The notes beneath the pieces were generated by a model. The model saw nothing but the letters and a program-made list of their open reading frames with translations. It was not told where the DNA came from and did not search any database. Positions 51,111 to 60,144 of a stretch of 64,000 bases of DNA are shown here, piece by piece. Origin of the DNA: Rhodothermales bacterium (lineage in GTDB: Bacteria > Bacteroidota > Rhodothermia > Rhodothermales > DATKEJ01); contig OZ244956.1 of assembly GCA_965222505.1 (NCBI GenBank), forward strand, positions 3,412,674-3,476,673, written 5' to 3'. The translations under genes and the position numbers were made by a program. How positions within the stretch are numbered: the first letter of the stretch is position 1; every line of letters starts with the position of its first letter.

Positions 51111-51950
51111 ATGAGCTCCAAAACCCACGCCCGGCACGTTTTATCCACCTTGCGCACGGTTATTCCGAAGCCCGAAACCGAACTCACCTACGGCACCCCG
51201 TTTGAGTTGTTGGTATCCGTCATTCTTTCCGCCCAGTGTACCGACGAGCGAGTCAATAAGGTTACCCCGGCGCTGTTCGAAGCCTTTCCCACAGCGGACG
51301 TCATGGCGCAGGCCGAGGCGGAAGCCATTTTTCCATACATTCGGTCGGTCTCCTATCCCAACAACAAGTCCCGACATCTGGCCGGTATGGCCCACATGTT
51401 GATGGATGATTTTGAGGGGGCAGTGCCTTCATCGTTGGAAGATCTGGTGAAGTTACCGGGGGTGGGGCGGAAGACCGCCCAGGTGGTGGCCTCGGTCGCG
51501 TTCGACATTGCGGCGCTGCCGGTGGATACGCACGTGTTCCGGGTGGCCAACCGCATCGGTCTCGCAGATGAAGCCCCAACCCCGCTGGCTGTTGAACGCC
51601 AACTCAAGGCCCGCATTCCCGAGGCGGAGTGGGGCGATGCCCATCACTTGTTGATTTTACACGGTCGGTACACCTGCACGGCCCGTAAGCCCAAGTGTAC
51701 CGATTGTGCCCTGCCGGAATATTGTCGGTACTACGCCGCCCTGCAAACCCTGCCAGGCCCCATCCAGGGACTGAACATGCGGAAGGGAAAGTATTTCTGC
51801 AGCACGTGCGGCACCTACTTCAAAACCCCCGCCCATCACACCGACGCGCAAGGCATCAAACAGATCGCCTGCCCCGCCTGCCGAAATGTGGAAGTGCACC
51901 TCACCAAAACCGGCTTGACCACGCAGAAGGTAAGGGATTACCGGGTTTAG
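51111..51950 (+). CDS. nth: Endonuclease III with a ~74-aa C-terminal zinc-ribbon extension
   Basis: PFELLVSVILSAQCTDERVN, LPGVGRKTAQVV, VDTHVFRV. FeS cluster CTARKPKCTDCALPEYC (C-x6-C-x2-C-x5-C). Extra tail with CSTC...CPAC. Confidence 0.9.
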   Translation: MSSKTHARHVLSTLRTVIPKPETELTYGTPFELLVSVILSAQCTDERVNKVTPALFEAFPTADVMAQAEAEAIFPYIRSVSYPNNKSRHLAGMAHMLMDDFEGAVPSSLEDLVKLPGVGRKTAQVVASVAFDIAALPVDTHVFRVANRIGLADEAPTPLAVERQLKARIPEAEWGDAHHLLILHGRYTCTARKPKCTDCALPEYCRYYAALQTLPGPIQGLNMRKGKYFCSTCGTYFKTPAHHTDAQGIKQIACPACRNVEVHLTKTGLTTQKVRDYRV

Positions 51951-54076
51951 GCGGACAATCCAACGTTATCCAAAAGCGCCTGAAACCGCGGATCGGCGCG
52001 TACCGGATCGTAAGCAGGCCATAGGTGCAACAGGACCAGCGCGGTATCCCGCTCGTTGAAGGCGTGCATTAGCCAGCGAAAGGCCTGATCTTGCTCCTCC
52101 AGGGCCAGGTAAATACCTGCCACGATAGAAGACAGGACGTGTTGCTTTTCAGCAAGAACGTGCAACTCCGCTATGACCTTGTGCGCTTCATCGGGCTGGT
52201 GTTGCTTGGCATAGAGTGCACCAAGGCGTCCGAGAATAATCGGCCGACGCCCAATCAGGTTGCGTACGCACTGGTATGCCTCGTGTGCTTCGTTGAGGCG
52301 ATCCGTAAACAGGTAGGCATCGCCGAGGAAGAGGGGGGCGATATAAAGACGGGGCTCCATCTCATGGGTTTGCAGGAACAGATCGATGGCTTCTTCATAT
52401 CGTCGCGCCGCCAGCAGCCAGATCCCTCTAGCCACACGGGGCATGATCCAGAAGGGATCCAGTACCTCTCCACGTTTGGTGAGCGCGAGGGCCTCCTCGG
52501 ATTGTTCTCTTAATACCAGGTAGCTCGCATAGTTGCCGATGGTATCCAGGTTGTCTGGATCAAGGGCCAACGCCTGCTTGAAAGCGTCTTCGGCTCCCGG
52601 TCCGTCCCACTCAAAGGCAAGGTATGTGTAGGCGAGCGCTAGGTGTGCCTCTGAAAGTCGGTTGTTCAAGGCTAGTGCCTTTTCGGCAGCGTCTCGTGCC
52701 AGTGGGTAGGCGTGGTGTGGCGCAAACACATCGTAAAGAAACCAGCCCCCAAGGGCATAGGTAAAGGCCAACGCAGCATAGGCCTGCGCGTAGTTGGGGT
52801 CACGCGCAATGGCCTGCTGGAAGGACGCACAGGCTTTCTTAATGTCTTCTGGCGTACGCCTGCGGCGTAGGAAAAGTCCTTTCAGATACAACGTATGAGC
52901 CTCCATATCCTGCGTAGGAGGCAATGCCCGTTGCTCGGGTGCCTGGAGCAATGCTACGTGCAAGGTTTCAGCGACGGATTGCGCAATTTCGTCCTGGATG
53001 GCAAAGATATCGTGCATCGCCCGGTCGTAGCGTGCAGACCAGAGGTGATAGCCATCGGTGGCATTGATCAACTGGACTGTGATGCGCAGTCGCCCGCCCG
53101 CCCGGCGTACGCTGCCTTCAATCACGAAATCTACGCCCAGTTTTTGGGCCAGGTCTCGAAAATCAAGCGACTGGTTCTTAAAAGCAAAGACGGTTGTTCT
53201 GGCCGCCACGCGCAGCCCTCTATTCTGCGCCAGGACATTGATGATCTCCTCGGTCATGCCATCACAGAAGTACGCTTGCTCCGGGTCCGCGCTCAAGTTG
53301 TCGAAGGGCAGTACGGCCACCGACGGTTGGGTCTTTTCACCCGGAGGCAGAACCGAGGCGGTTGGGACCTGGAGGCGAGCAGCGAATGCCTGGGTCTCTT
53401 TAGCAGGGGTGAGGTCGAGGTCCTGCGCCAGCCGTCGTGTGAATGTTTGATAGGCCCGGAGTGCCCCGGTCCGGTCGCCGAGGCCGTCCAGCAGATTCAT
53501 GAGACGTTTTAGCGCGACTTCGTTATCCGGTGCAAGTTCAAGCAGACGGCGTAGCCAGTGTACAGCTCCGGTTGGATTGCCCACAACTTCCTCTCGTTCT
53601 GATAAAGAAGCCGTGGCTTCGGTGGCCTGATGGTGGAGGCGTTCGCGCTCTATCTCCAGCCAGTACTCAAAAGCAGGGGCCGCGCTGACATGCAAGCCGT
53701 CCAGCAGAGGGCCTCGATAGACCTCAAGGGCCTTCGTGAGGGTGTCGTTTTGAAGGGCTTGCTGGAAAGCCAAGACGTCGCACCAAAGGATTTCCTGCGA
53801 CAAACGCAGTTCCTCAGCCCCCTGGCTAATGATTACCGCTTTGTCCATCGTGCGCCGGAGCCAATGCACGGATTGACTTAGCGCGTTGCGTGCGTGCGCC
53901 TCATCCAGGTCTGGCCAGAACAAGGCCAGCAGCGTATCGCGTCGGCAAGATCCCGTTGGCGCCAGGGCAAGGTAGGCCAGCAAGGCCAGACGCTTGGGTT
54001 GCAGATGCACCCTGTTGGCCCCTTCGCTTGCCGTACGCCGAAGGTTGGGAGTGCCAAGGATTCGAAGTTGAATCAT
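51947..54076 (-). CDS. SARP/BTAD-type transcriptional regulator fused to a TolB-N-like domain and TPR repeats
   Basis: N-terminal winged-helix plus BTAD (LALLAYLALAP...LLALFWPDLDEAHARNALSQSVHWLRR; VYRGPLLDG). SVAVLPFDNLSADPEQAYFCDGMTEEII. C-terminal TPRs. Confidence 0.7.
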   Translation of the reverse strand: MIQLRILGTPNLRRTASEGANRVHLQPKRLALLAYLALAPTGSCRRDTLLALFWPDLDEAHARNALSQSVHWLRRTMDKAVIISQGAEELRLSQEILWCDVLAFQQALQNDTLTKALEVYRGPLLDGLHVSAAPAFEYWLEIERERLHHQATEATASLSEREEVVGNPTGAVHWLRRLLELAPDNEVALKRLMNLLDGLGDRTGALRAYQTFTRRLAQDLDLTPAKETQAFAARLQVPTASVLPPGEKTQPSVAVLPFDNLSADPEQAYFCDGMTEEIINVLAQNRGLRVAARTTVFAFKNQSLDFRDLAQKLGVDFVIEGSVRRAGGRLRITVQLINATDGYHLWSARYDRAMHDIFAIQDEIAQSVAETLHVALLQAPEQRALPPTQDMEAHTLYLKGLFLRRRRTPEDIKKACASFQQAIARDPNYAQAYAALAFTYALGGWFLYDVFAPHHAYPLARDAAEKALALNNRLSEAHLALAYTYLAFEWDGPGAEDAFKQALALDPDNLDTIGNYASYLVLREQSEEALALTKRGEVLDPFWIMPRVARGIWLLAARRYEEAIDLFLQTHEMEPRLYIAPLFLGDAYLFTDRLNEAHEAYQCVRNLIGRRPIILGRLGALYAKQHQPDEAHKVIAELHVLAEKQHVLSSIVAGIYLALEEQDQAFRWLMHAFNERDTALVLLHLWPAYDPVRADPRFQALLDNVGLSA

Positions 54077-54202
54077 TGCCGGGTCATTAGAAAGAAGCTG
54101 TTCTTATCAGGCTGGTAAGACCTTGATAAGAGAAGATAAAGACCGCTCGATTACTTTGACAATCGATGTTGATTTAACGCACTTAACCTGAGAAGGTGGA
54201 AT

Positions 54203-54751
54203 ATGCAACGTAAACCGATACACCGCTATGTAGGGTGGCTTTTTGTGGCTATCTTACCCCTTATCATCATGGGCTGTGAAGCCTCTGAAAAAAACGTTAA
54301 TGTGATGACTACGCCGGAAGAAAACAAAGCACTTATCCGCCAAATTGTGAATGAAGGAGTCAACACCGGCAACCTGGAGGTCTTCCGGGAGCTTCTGGCA
54401 CCCAACTATGCCCGCCATAGCCAGGCCACTACGGAGATGCCTGAGCTTCATGGCCTGGAACCCATGTTGGCCTTCCTTCAGGCCACGTTCACCGCGTTTC
54501 CGGACTGGCATGAAGAGATCGAACTCATGATTGCCGAGGGCGACAAGGTCGCGTACATCACCACGGGCACCGGCACCCATACCGGTCCGATGGGCGATAT
54601 CCCACCCACGGGGAAGCAGGTAAAAGTGGTAAACTACATCGTCCAGTGCATCGAAAACGGGAAGATCGCCGAGACGTGGGTGGGATGGGACAACCTAGCG
54701 GTCCTTGCGCAACTCGGCCTGTTTCCCCCACCCGGTGCAAACACACCGTAA
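54203..54751 (+). CDS. Ester cyclase (SnoaL-like) lipoprotein
   Basis: Lipobox LIIMGC. ENKALIRQIVNEGVNTGNLEVFRELLAPNYARH ... GKIAETWVGWD. Confidence 0.75.
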   Translation: MQRKPIHRYVGWLFVAILPLIIMGCEASEKNVNVMTTPEENKALIRQIVNEGVNTGNLEVFRELLAPNYARHSQATTEMPELHGLEPMLAFLQATFTAFPDWHEEIELMIAEGDKVAYITTGTGTHTGPMGDIPPTGKQVKVVNYIVQCIENGKIAETWVGWDNLAVLAQLGLFPPPGANTP

Positions 54752-54803
54752 TCCTTGCTCCTCTAGGCGCAAAAAAATTACATTTCACCCCGCACCCCGC
54801 ACG

Positions 54804-57674
54804 TCACTCCGGCATCAGCACAAACCGGGCGTAGCGTTGTGGGTTGAGGTAGGCGCGGGCGGCTTGCTGAATGGTTTCTTCGTCGAAGGTGGCCAGGATG
54901 TTGGCGGAGCCTTCTAGAATCAGGCGGGGGTCCTGGGTGTACCGGTCGGCGTATTGGAGGGAGCGGAGCCAGTAGCCGTTTTCCCGAAGGTTGGTTTCGT
55001 GTGATCGCAGGCTGGTTTCTCGGACTTTTTCGAGGTAGGATACGTCAATCCCGAAGGTCTGGAGGCTGTCGATCTGGGTGAAGATGGTTTGGGTTAGTTC
55101 TTCTACCCGTTCCGGATCACATCCAAAGCTGATGTTGATGCGGTACAACGGCTCTGGATCACGCACGGAGGAGCCGCTGATCCGTACCCCGTAGGTGCCG
55201 CTCAGGTCTTCCCGCATGACCTCGCGGAGCTTGATGTTCATCACTTGCGTGAGGGCAAACAGTTCGAGGCGCTGTTCCCGACCCCATTCAAACGGCCCCG
55301 TAAAGGCCATATTGACCCGGCTCTTGGGTTCAAGCCCTTTGCGGATGGTTTTTTCGATGACCCCGTCCGGGGGGCGGATGCCGGTGTCCCGCCAGGTTTC
55401 CTCCCGGTTTATGTCCGGCAGGGTACCGAGGTACGTAGCGGCCAGGGTTTGGAGTTGATCCACGTCGAAGGTGCCGACGAAGTAGAACGTAAAATCGCTC
55501 AGGTCGGCGAAGCGGTCCTGGTAGAAGCGTAGGGAACCTTCCAGGTCCATCGCATCCAGGGTGGCCTGGGTGAAGGGGCGGCGGCGCGGGTGGTATTGCG
55601 CCATCGTGACGGTGATGGTGTCCCGAAACGCATTTTCCGGCGAGGCTTTATATCCCAGTACCAGATCACCCAGGCGCTGCTTATAGGACGCATAGGCGGT
55701 GGAATCGGCGCGGGGGGCCACGACGTACAGGTGGATCAACTGAAACAGCGTTTCCAGGTCTTCCGGCGAGGCCGAGCCGTTAAAACCTTCGGAAAAGGCC
55801 CCAATGGTCGGGCTCACGTTCAGCGCCTTGCCGGCCAGTTTTTTCTCCAGTTCAATCGGCCCGAAGGTTCCCACCCCACTCTGCCCGATGAGATCATCGG
55901 CGAACAGGGCCGGGATGTAGCCTTCATCCGGGGCCAAAGAGTTGCCGCCGGGGCTGGTGGCGGAAAAGATCACCTGGTCATTTTTGAAGTCGGTGGGTTT
56001 CATCACTAGGCGCACACCATTTTCCAATGTGATACGCGTGACCCCCAGGACGGAGTCGGTTTGGGTTTCAATGATGGCAGCCGGGACGGGTACATCCGGC
56101 ACCAGGGGTGCATCGGAGACGGCGTCTTCATAGGGCGTAATAGCCAGGGTGTCGATGCTGTCGAACACGGCCAATACGTCGGCCTGGGTAGGCAGCGTGA
56201 CACCGGGTTTTTCAGGGCCGTCAACGGTGATCACGCGGTTTTCGTCTGTAATCCAGCGGCTGGCGAGGGCGTTGACTTCTTCCAGTGTGATGGAAGGCAG
56301 CATGTCTTGTGCCATCGCGTACGCCCGTTCGATACCTGGGGTTGGGGTTTCCTCCAGAAAATGTCCGACATAAATGCCGGCATATCGGGCAGATTCGGTC
56401 TTGTCTCGTTCGGCATAGCCCCGCTTGAACTGGCGGAGGAGTTCGGCTTTTTGCCGTTCCAGTTCTGTGGTTGTAAAACCGTGCCGACGTACACGCTCGG
56501 CTTCGGTGAGCAATGTGGTGAGGGCACGGATGAGTCTGGCTTCCGGGGCGACTGCGTTCAGGCTGTAGAAGTCTTTGCCCCGTACGAAGGAAGACAGGCC
56601 GGCACCGGCAAACAGATATGGGGGGTCGACCTGTTGGGTCAGCTCACCGAGGCGGGTGTTGAGCATCACATCATAGAGCATCTGGGTCAGGAATTTCCGG
56701 TAGCCGCTGGTGGTCGGGTCGGGCTTGGCATCGTGCTTGTAGAGTACGCCGATGGAGGCATAAGCGGCTTCCGGGTCTGTGGCCTCGGCAAAGAGGGTTT
56801 CCGGGTGGCCCGGCACCGGATGCGTGGTGCGCGGACGCGGCGTGGCCGGATTGACCAGGTCGCCGAAGAGGGTTTTGATGTACGTCTCGATGTCAGTCGG
56901 GTCAAAATCCCCAACGGCTACCACGGCCATCAGGTCGGGCCGGTACCAGTCGCGGTAGTAGCGCACCAGTGCCTCGTGGGTAAAGGATTTCAGGCTTTCG
57001 GCTGTGCCAATGGGGAGACGGTTGGCGTAGTGGGAGCCTTGCAAGAGGATGGGGAATTGTTTGTCCTGCATCCGGGCATCGGCCCCGCGCCCGAGCCGCC
57101 ATTCTTCCACGACCACCCCGCGTTCCTTGTCGATTTCTTCCGGTTCAAAGCTGACTTCACCCGCCCAATCCCGCAAAATCTGGAAGCCGGTTTCCAGCAG
57201 TTTCGTGCTGTCCGTGCGGACCTTCAGCATGTAGACCGTTTCGTCGAAACTGGTGTAGGCGTTCAAATCCGGTCCAAAGCGGGTCCCGACCGATTCCAGG
57301 TAATCCACCAGGGCTTGTTTCTCAAAATTCGTGGTGCCGTTGAAGGCCATGTGTTCGACCACGTGGGCCAGGCCGCGTTGATCCTCGTCTTCCAGAATGG
57401 AACCTGCATTGAGCACCAGCCGCAATTCGGCCCGGTTCCGGGGGCGTTCATTGGGACGGATGTAGTACGTCAGTCCGTTGACCAGCGTCCCTTTCCGGAC
57501 CGCAGGGTCCAGGGGCAGCCGATCCAGGGTATCCGGCAGCGTCGGGACCGGGTGTACCTCGGTGGTTTCATCCGGTGGGGCCGGGGGGAGGGTCGTGATG
57601 GTACGGGGCGAGCGGCAGGCCCAGAGGCCGAGGCTCAGGGCAAGGACCCAAACGGTGCGGGGCAGTCGAGACAT
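54804..57674 (-). CDS. M16 family (pitrilysin-like) zinc peptidase, fused double-module form
   Basis: GLAHVVEHMAFNGT (HxxEH). ~956 aa with a second inactive M16 half. Signal/lipobox LSLGLWAC. ATG 57674. Confidence 0.88.
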   Translation of the reverse strand: MSRLPRTVWVLALSLGLWACRSPRTITTLPPAPPDETTEVHPVPTLPDTLDRLPLDPAVRKGTLVNGLTYYIRPNERPRNRAELRLVLNAGSILEDEDQRGLAHVVEHMAFNGTTNFEKQALVDYLESVGTRFGPDLNAYTSFDETVYMLKVRTDSTKLLETGFQILRDWAGEVSFEPEEIDKERGVVVEEWRLGRGADARMQDKQFPILLQGSHYANRLPIGTAESLKSFTHEALVRYYRDWYRPDLMAVVAVGDFDPTDIETYIKTLFGDLVNPATPRPRTTHPVPGHPETLFAEATDPEAAYASIGVLYKHDAKPDPTTSGYRKFLTQMLYDVMLNTRLGELTQQVDPPYLFAGAGLSSFVRGKDFYSLNAVAPEARLIRALTTLLTEAERVRRHGFTTTELERQKAELLRQFKRGYAERDKTESARYAGIYVGHFLEETPTPGIERAYAMAQDMLPSITLEEVNALASRWITDENRVITVDGPEKPGVTLPTQADVLAVFDSIDTLAITPYEDAVSDAPLVPDVPVPAAIIETQTDSVLGVTRITLENGVRLVMKPTDFKNDQVIFSATSPGGNSLAPDEGYIPALFADDLIGQSGVGTFGPIELEKKLAGKALNVSPTIGAFSEGFNGSASPEDLETLFQLIHLYVVAPRADSTAYASYKQRLGDLVLGYKASPENAFRDTITVTMAQYHPRRRPFTQATLDAMDLEGSLRFYQDRFADLSDFTFYFVGTFDVDQLQTLAATYLGTLPDINREETWRDTGIRPPDGVIEKTIRKGLEPKSRVNMAFTGPFEWGREQRLELFALTQVMNIKLREVMREDLSGTYGVRISGSSVRDPEPLYRINISFGCDPERVEELTQTIFTQIDSLQTFGIDVSYLEKVRETSLRSHETNLRENGYWLRSLQYADRYTQDPRLILEGSANILATFDEETIQQAARAYLNPQRYARFVLMPE

Positions 57675-57802
57675 GGTAGGCGGATTTAGCAAGTATAAGA
57701 GACCGAACGGTGTATGCCGTCCCTGCGTTGGGGTTTCGATGGGGGAAGATTTGTGCCAGACGGTAATGTGTTTTCCGAAAAGCCGTACCTTGGAAGGAAG
57801 AT

Positions 57803-57892
57803 TAGTGGTGATTGATGATTGGGCATTTACTCTGTTAGTCGCTACGCTCGTTTGTGATTGCAAACTCGAAAGTCACCAATCACCACTTACCA
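57803..57892 (+). repeat. Heptamer inverted repeat (ATTGGTG-type / CACCAAT-type) in the M16-membrane protein divergent region
   Basis: AGTGGTGATTG (57804-57814) is the perfect reverse complement of CAATCACCACT (57877-57887). Units tagtggt|gattgat|gattggg and gtcacca|atcacca|cttacca. Confidence 0.8.
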
Positions 57893-57929
57893 CACGAGGC
57901 GTAAGCCGACTGTACGTAGTAAATTACCA

Positions 57930-59180
57930 ATGTCCAATACCCACCACACCGACGTACTCTGGCGCGAGTGGCGTGTAGCCCGGCACACGGGGTACACAGA
58001 TCAACTCTATGCCCTGGTTTCCGGCACTCGCATCGGGTGGCGCAAGGCGGGGCAGATCGTCAAGGGGCTGGGGGCGTTTTATATTTTTCTGGCATTGGCG
58101 ACGCTGCTTTTACAATGGCCGTGTCCGCTGGAGTATTTGGCGCTTACCTATGGGTACAGCGTGCTGGCCCTCGTCGGGGTTACCTACCTGCTGACCTATG
58201 CCCGGACGTGGCACAGTTGGTTGGGGGAGCCCGGTACGCCCAACCGGTATCCCCGGTTCGATAAGCTCTGGGTGCTGGGGTATGCGGTAGGGCTTGGGGT
58301 GGCGTTGGTGCAATTCGGGAGTGGCTGGTGGTCTGGGTATCAGGATGTGCTGTTTGGGTATCGATCCTTTTATGGACCTGTGAAACCCTTGTGGTGGGCC
58401 TATGCTTTCGCGGTGCCGTTGGTGTTGCACTTTATGGTGATCCTAGTGCCGGTTTTGGCACATGGGTTTATGGTCGGGTACGGCATCCTGACGTTGTGTA
58501 CCGTGGTACCGTCCTATCGGTTGGCCTTTGGGTTGTTCTTGTTGGCCGGCCTGATTCAGCCATTTGCCTGGGGGGTCATGTACCGCTGGTCGGTTCCGCT
58601 GGGCCATTTGTTGTTTCGGTATGCGGCGGCATTTGATTTGAGTGGGCCGGTCGACCGCCGGTCGCGCATCACCTGGTGGAAAGGACGGCCATCGGGGGCA
58701 GCGGTTGAAGCCGCCTTACGTGCCCTCCAGCATCCGGGATGGGATGCCGTATTGGACGAGGTGCAACAGCACCGGGCGGCTTCTGGTCCGGTGGACCGGG
58801 TCCTGGACGGCCTCGGAAGCCCGAATGTGTGGTCCTATTTCATGGCCCGGCAACTGCTCCAGGGCAACCGGGAGGTGGAGTTGATCCTCTCCGAAGAGGC
58901 CGGGTCTACCTACACTTGCGAGGCGGGGGTGTTGTCTTTGAACTGGCCCGTCGTGCGTGATGCCGGTACGCTTCTGGTTCGGCTGCGGGATACGCTGGAC
59001 CGGGTGGTGATTCGGGCCGGATCGGACGAGGCGGTGATGCGGTTTGCCACGCAGGTGGATTATGCCACCGAGGAGATGGTGCGCAAGCAAGTGGCCTGTA
59101 TTGTAGAAAAAACCCTGGATGAGCACACCATAGAGGTCTTATCCCGTATCTTTGGCAGCGTCCGTTACACCCAGACGTAG
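57930..59180 (+). CDS. Hypothetical polytopic membrane protein (~7 TM) with a ~170-aa soluble C-terminal domain
   Basis: 416 aa from ATG 57930. Trp/Tyr/Gly-rich TM segments. The C-terminal region (ITWWKGRPSG...VRYTQT) matches nothing I recognise. Its stop lies 4 nt before the next ATG. Confidence 0.5.
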   Translation: MSNTHHTDVLWREWRVARHTGYTDQLYALVSGTRIGWRKAGQIVKGLGAFYIFLALATLLLQWPCPLEYLALTYGYSVLALVGVTYLLTYARTWHSWLGEPGTPNRYPRFDKLWVLGYAVGLGVALVQFGSGWWSGYQDVLFGYRSFYGPVKPLWWAYAFAVPLVLHFMVILVPVLAHGFMVGYGILTLCTVVPSYRLAFGLFLLAGLIQPFAWGVMYRWSVPLGHLLFRYAAAFDLSGPVDRRSRITWWKGRPSGAAVEAALRALQHPGWDAVLDEVQQHRAASGPVDRVLDGLGSPNVWSYFMARQLLQGNREVELILSEEAGSTYTCEAGVLSLNWPVVRDAGTLLVRLRDTLDRVVIRAGSDEAVMRFATQVDYATEEMVRKQVACIVEKTLDEHTIEVLSRIFGSVRYTQT

Positions 59181-59184
59181 ACGT

Positions 59185-60144
59185 ATGCCCCCGACCCGCG
59201 CCCAACGCAACCGCACGCTCACCCTCACCGCAGCAGAACGGCGCACCTACCGCAAGCGGCTGTTCACCCCGTGCGGCCCCTGTATCCTGCCTGACCTCCT
59301 GGACCGCACCCTTTGGGCCGACGTGTTCACGGTACTGGAATGGCTTCCGCACGGCACGGTCGATTTACTCATCGCCGACCCGCCCTACAACCTCTACAAA
59401 TCCTTCAACGGGAAACCCTTCAATGCCCGTTCGCTTCCGGCCTATGCCGATTGGCTCGATACCTGGTTGCAACCCCTTATGCCGGTCCTCAAACCAACGG
59501 CATCGGTTTACATCTGTGGCGATTGGCGCTCCGGGGCAGCTGTGCAGGAGGTGATGGGCCGGTATCTGAAGGTCCGGAACCGCATCACCTGGGAGCGTGA
59601 AAAGGGACGCGGGGCCAAAACCAACTGGAAAAACAGCAGTGAAGATGTATGGTTTGGTACCTGTTCCGGAGCATACACCTTTAATGTGGATGCCGTCAAA
59701 CTTCGTAAGCGGGTCCATGCCCCGTACACTGATGCCCAGGGCTATCCGAAGGACTGGGAAGAAACAGCAGCAGGCAAAACCCGGCTCACGCATCCCTCCA
59801 ATCTATGGACAGACCTCACGGTGCCGTTCTGGTCGATGCCGGAAAACACGGACCACCCCACCCAGAAACCAGAGAAGCTGTTGGCCAAGCTCATCCTGGC
59901 CAGTTCCAATCCGGGGGATGTCGTGCTTGATCCGTTTTTAGGGTCCGGCACCACATCGGTGGTTGCACGGAAGCTGGGGCGGCACTACATCGGCATAGAG
60001 CGAGAAGAAGTGTACGCGTGCCTCGCCGAAAAACGATTGGCACAAGCCGCCGCAGACCCCACGATTCAGGGGTATGCCGATGGAGTGTTCTGGGCGCGCA
60101 ATGCGCCCGTGCCTGCCCGGAGCCGCAGGTCAGACACGGCCTAA
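59185..60144 (+). CDS. Beta-class DNA methyltransferase (N6-adenine or N4-cytosine), no adjacent endonuclease recognised
   Basis: DLLIADPPYNL (motif IV) precedes HPTQKPEKL and VLDPFLGSGTTSVVA (motif I), which is the beta-class order. ATG 59185. Confidence 0.85.
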   Translation: MPPTRAQRNRTLTLTAAERRTYRKRLFTPCGPCILPDLLDRTLWADVFTVLEWLPHGTVDLLIADPPYNLYKSFNGKPFNARSLPAYADWLDTWLQPLMPVLKPTASVYICGDWRSGAAVQEVMGRYLKVRNRITWEREKGRGAKTNWKNSSEDVWFGTCSGAYTFNVDAVKLRKRVHAPYTDAQGYPKDWEETAAGKTRLTHPSNLWTDLTVPFWSMPENTDHPTQKPEKLLAKLILASSNPGDVVLDPFLGSGTTSVVARKLGRHYIGIEREEVYACLAEKRLAQAAADPTIQGYADGVFWARNAPVPARSRRSDTA

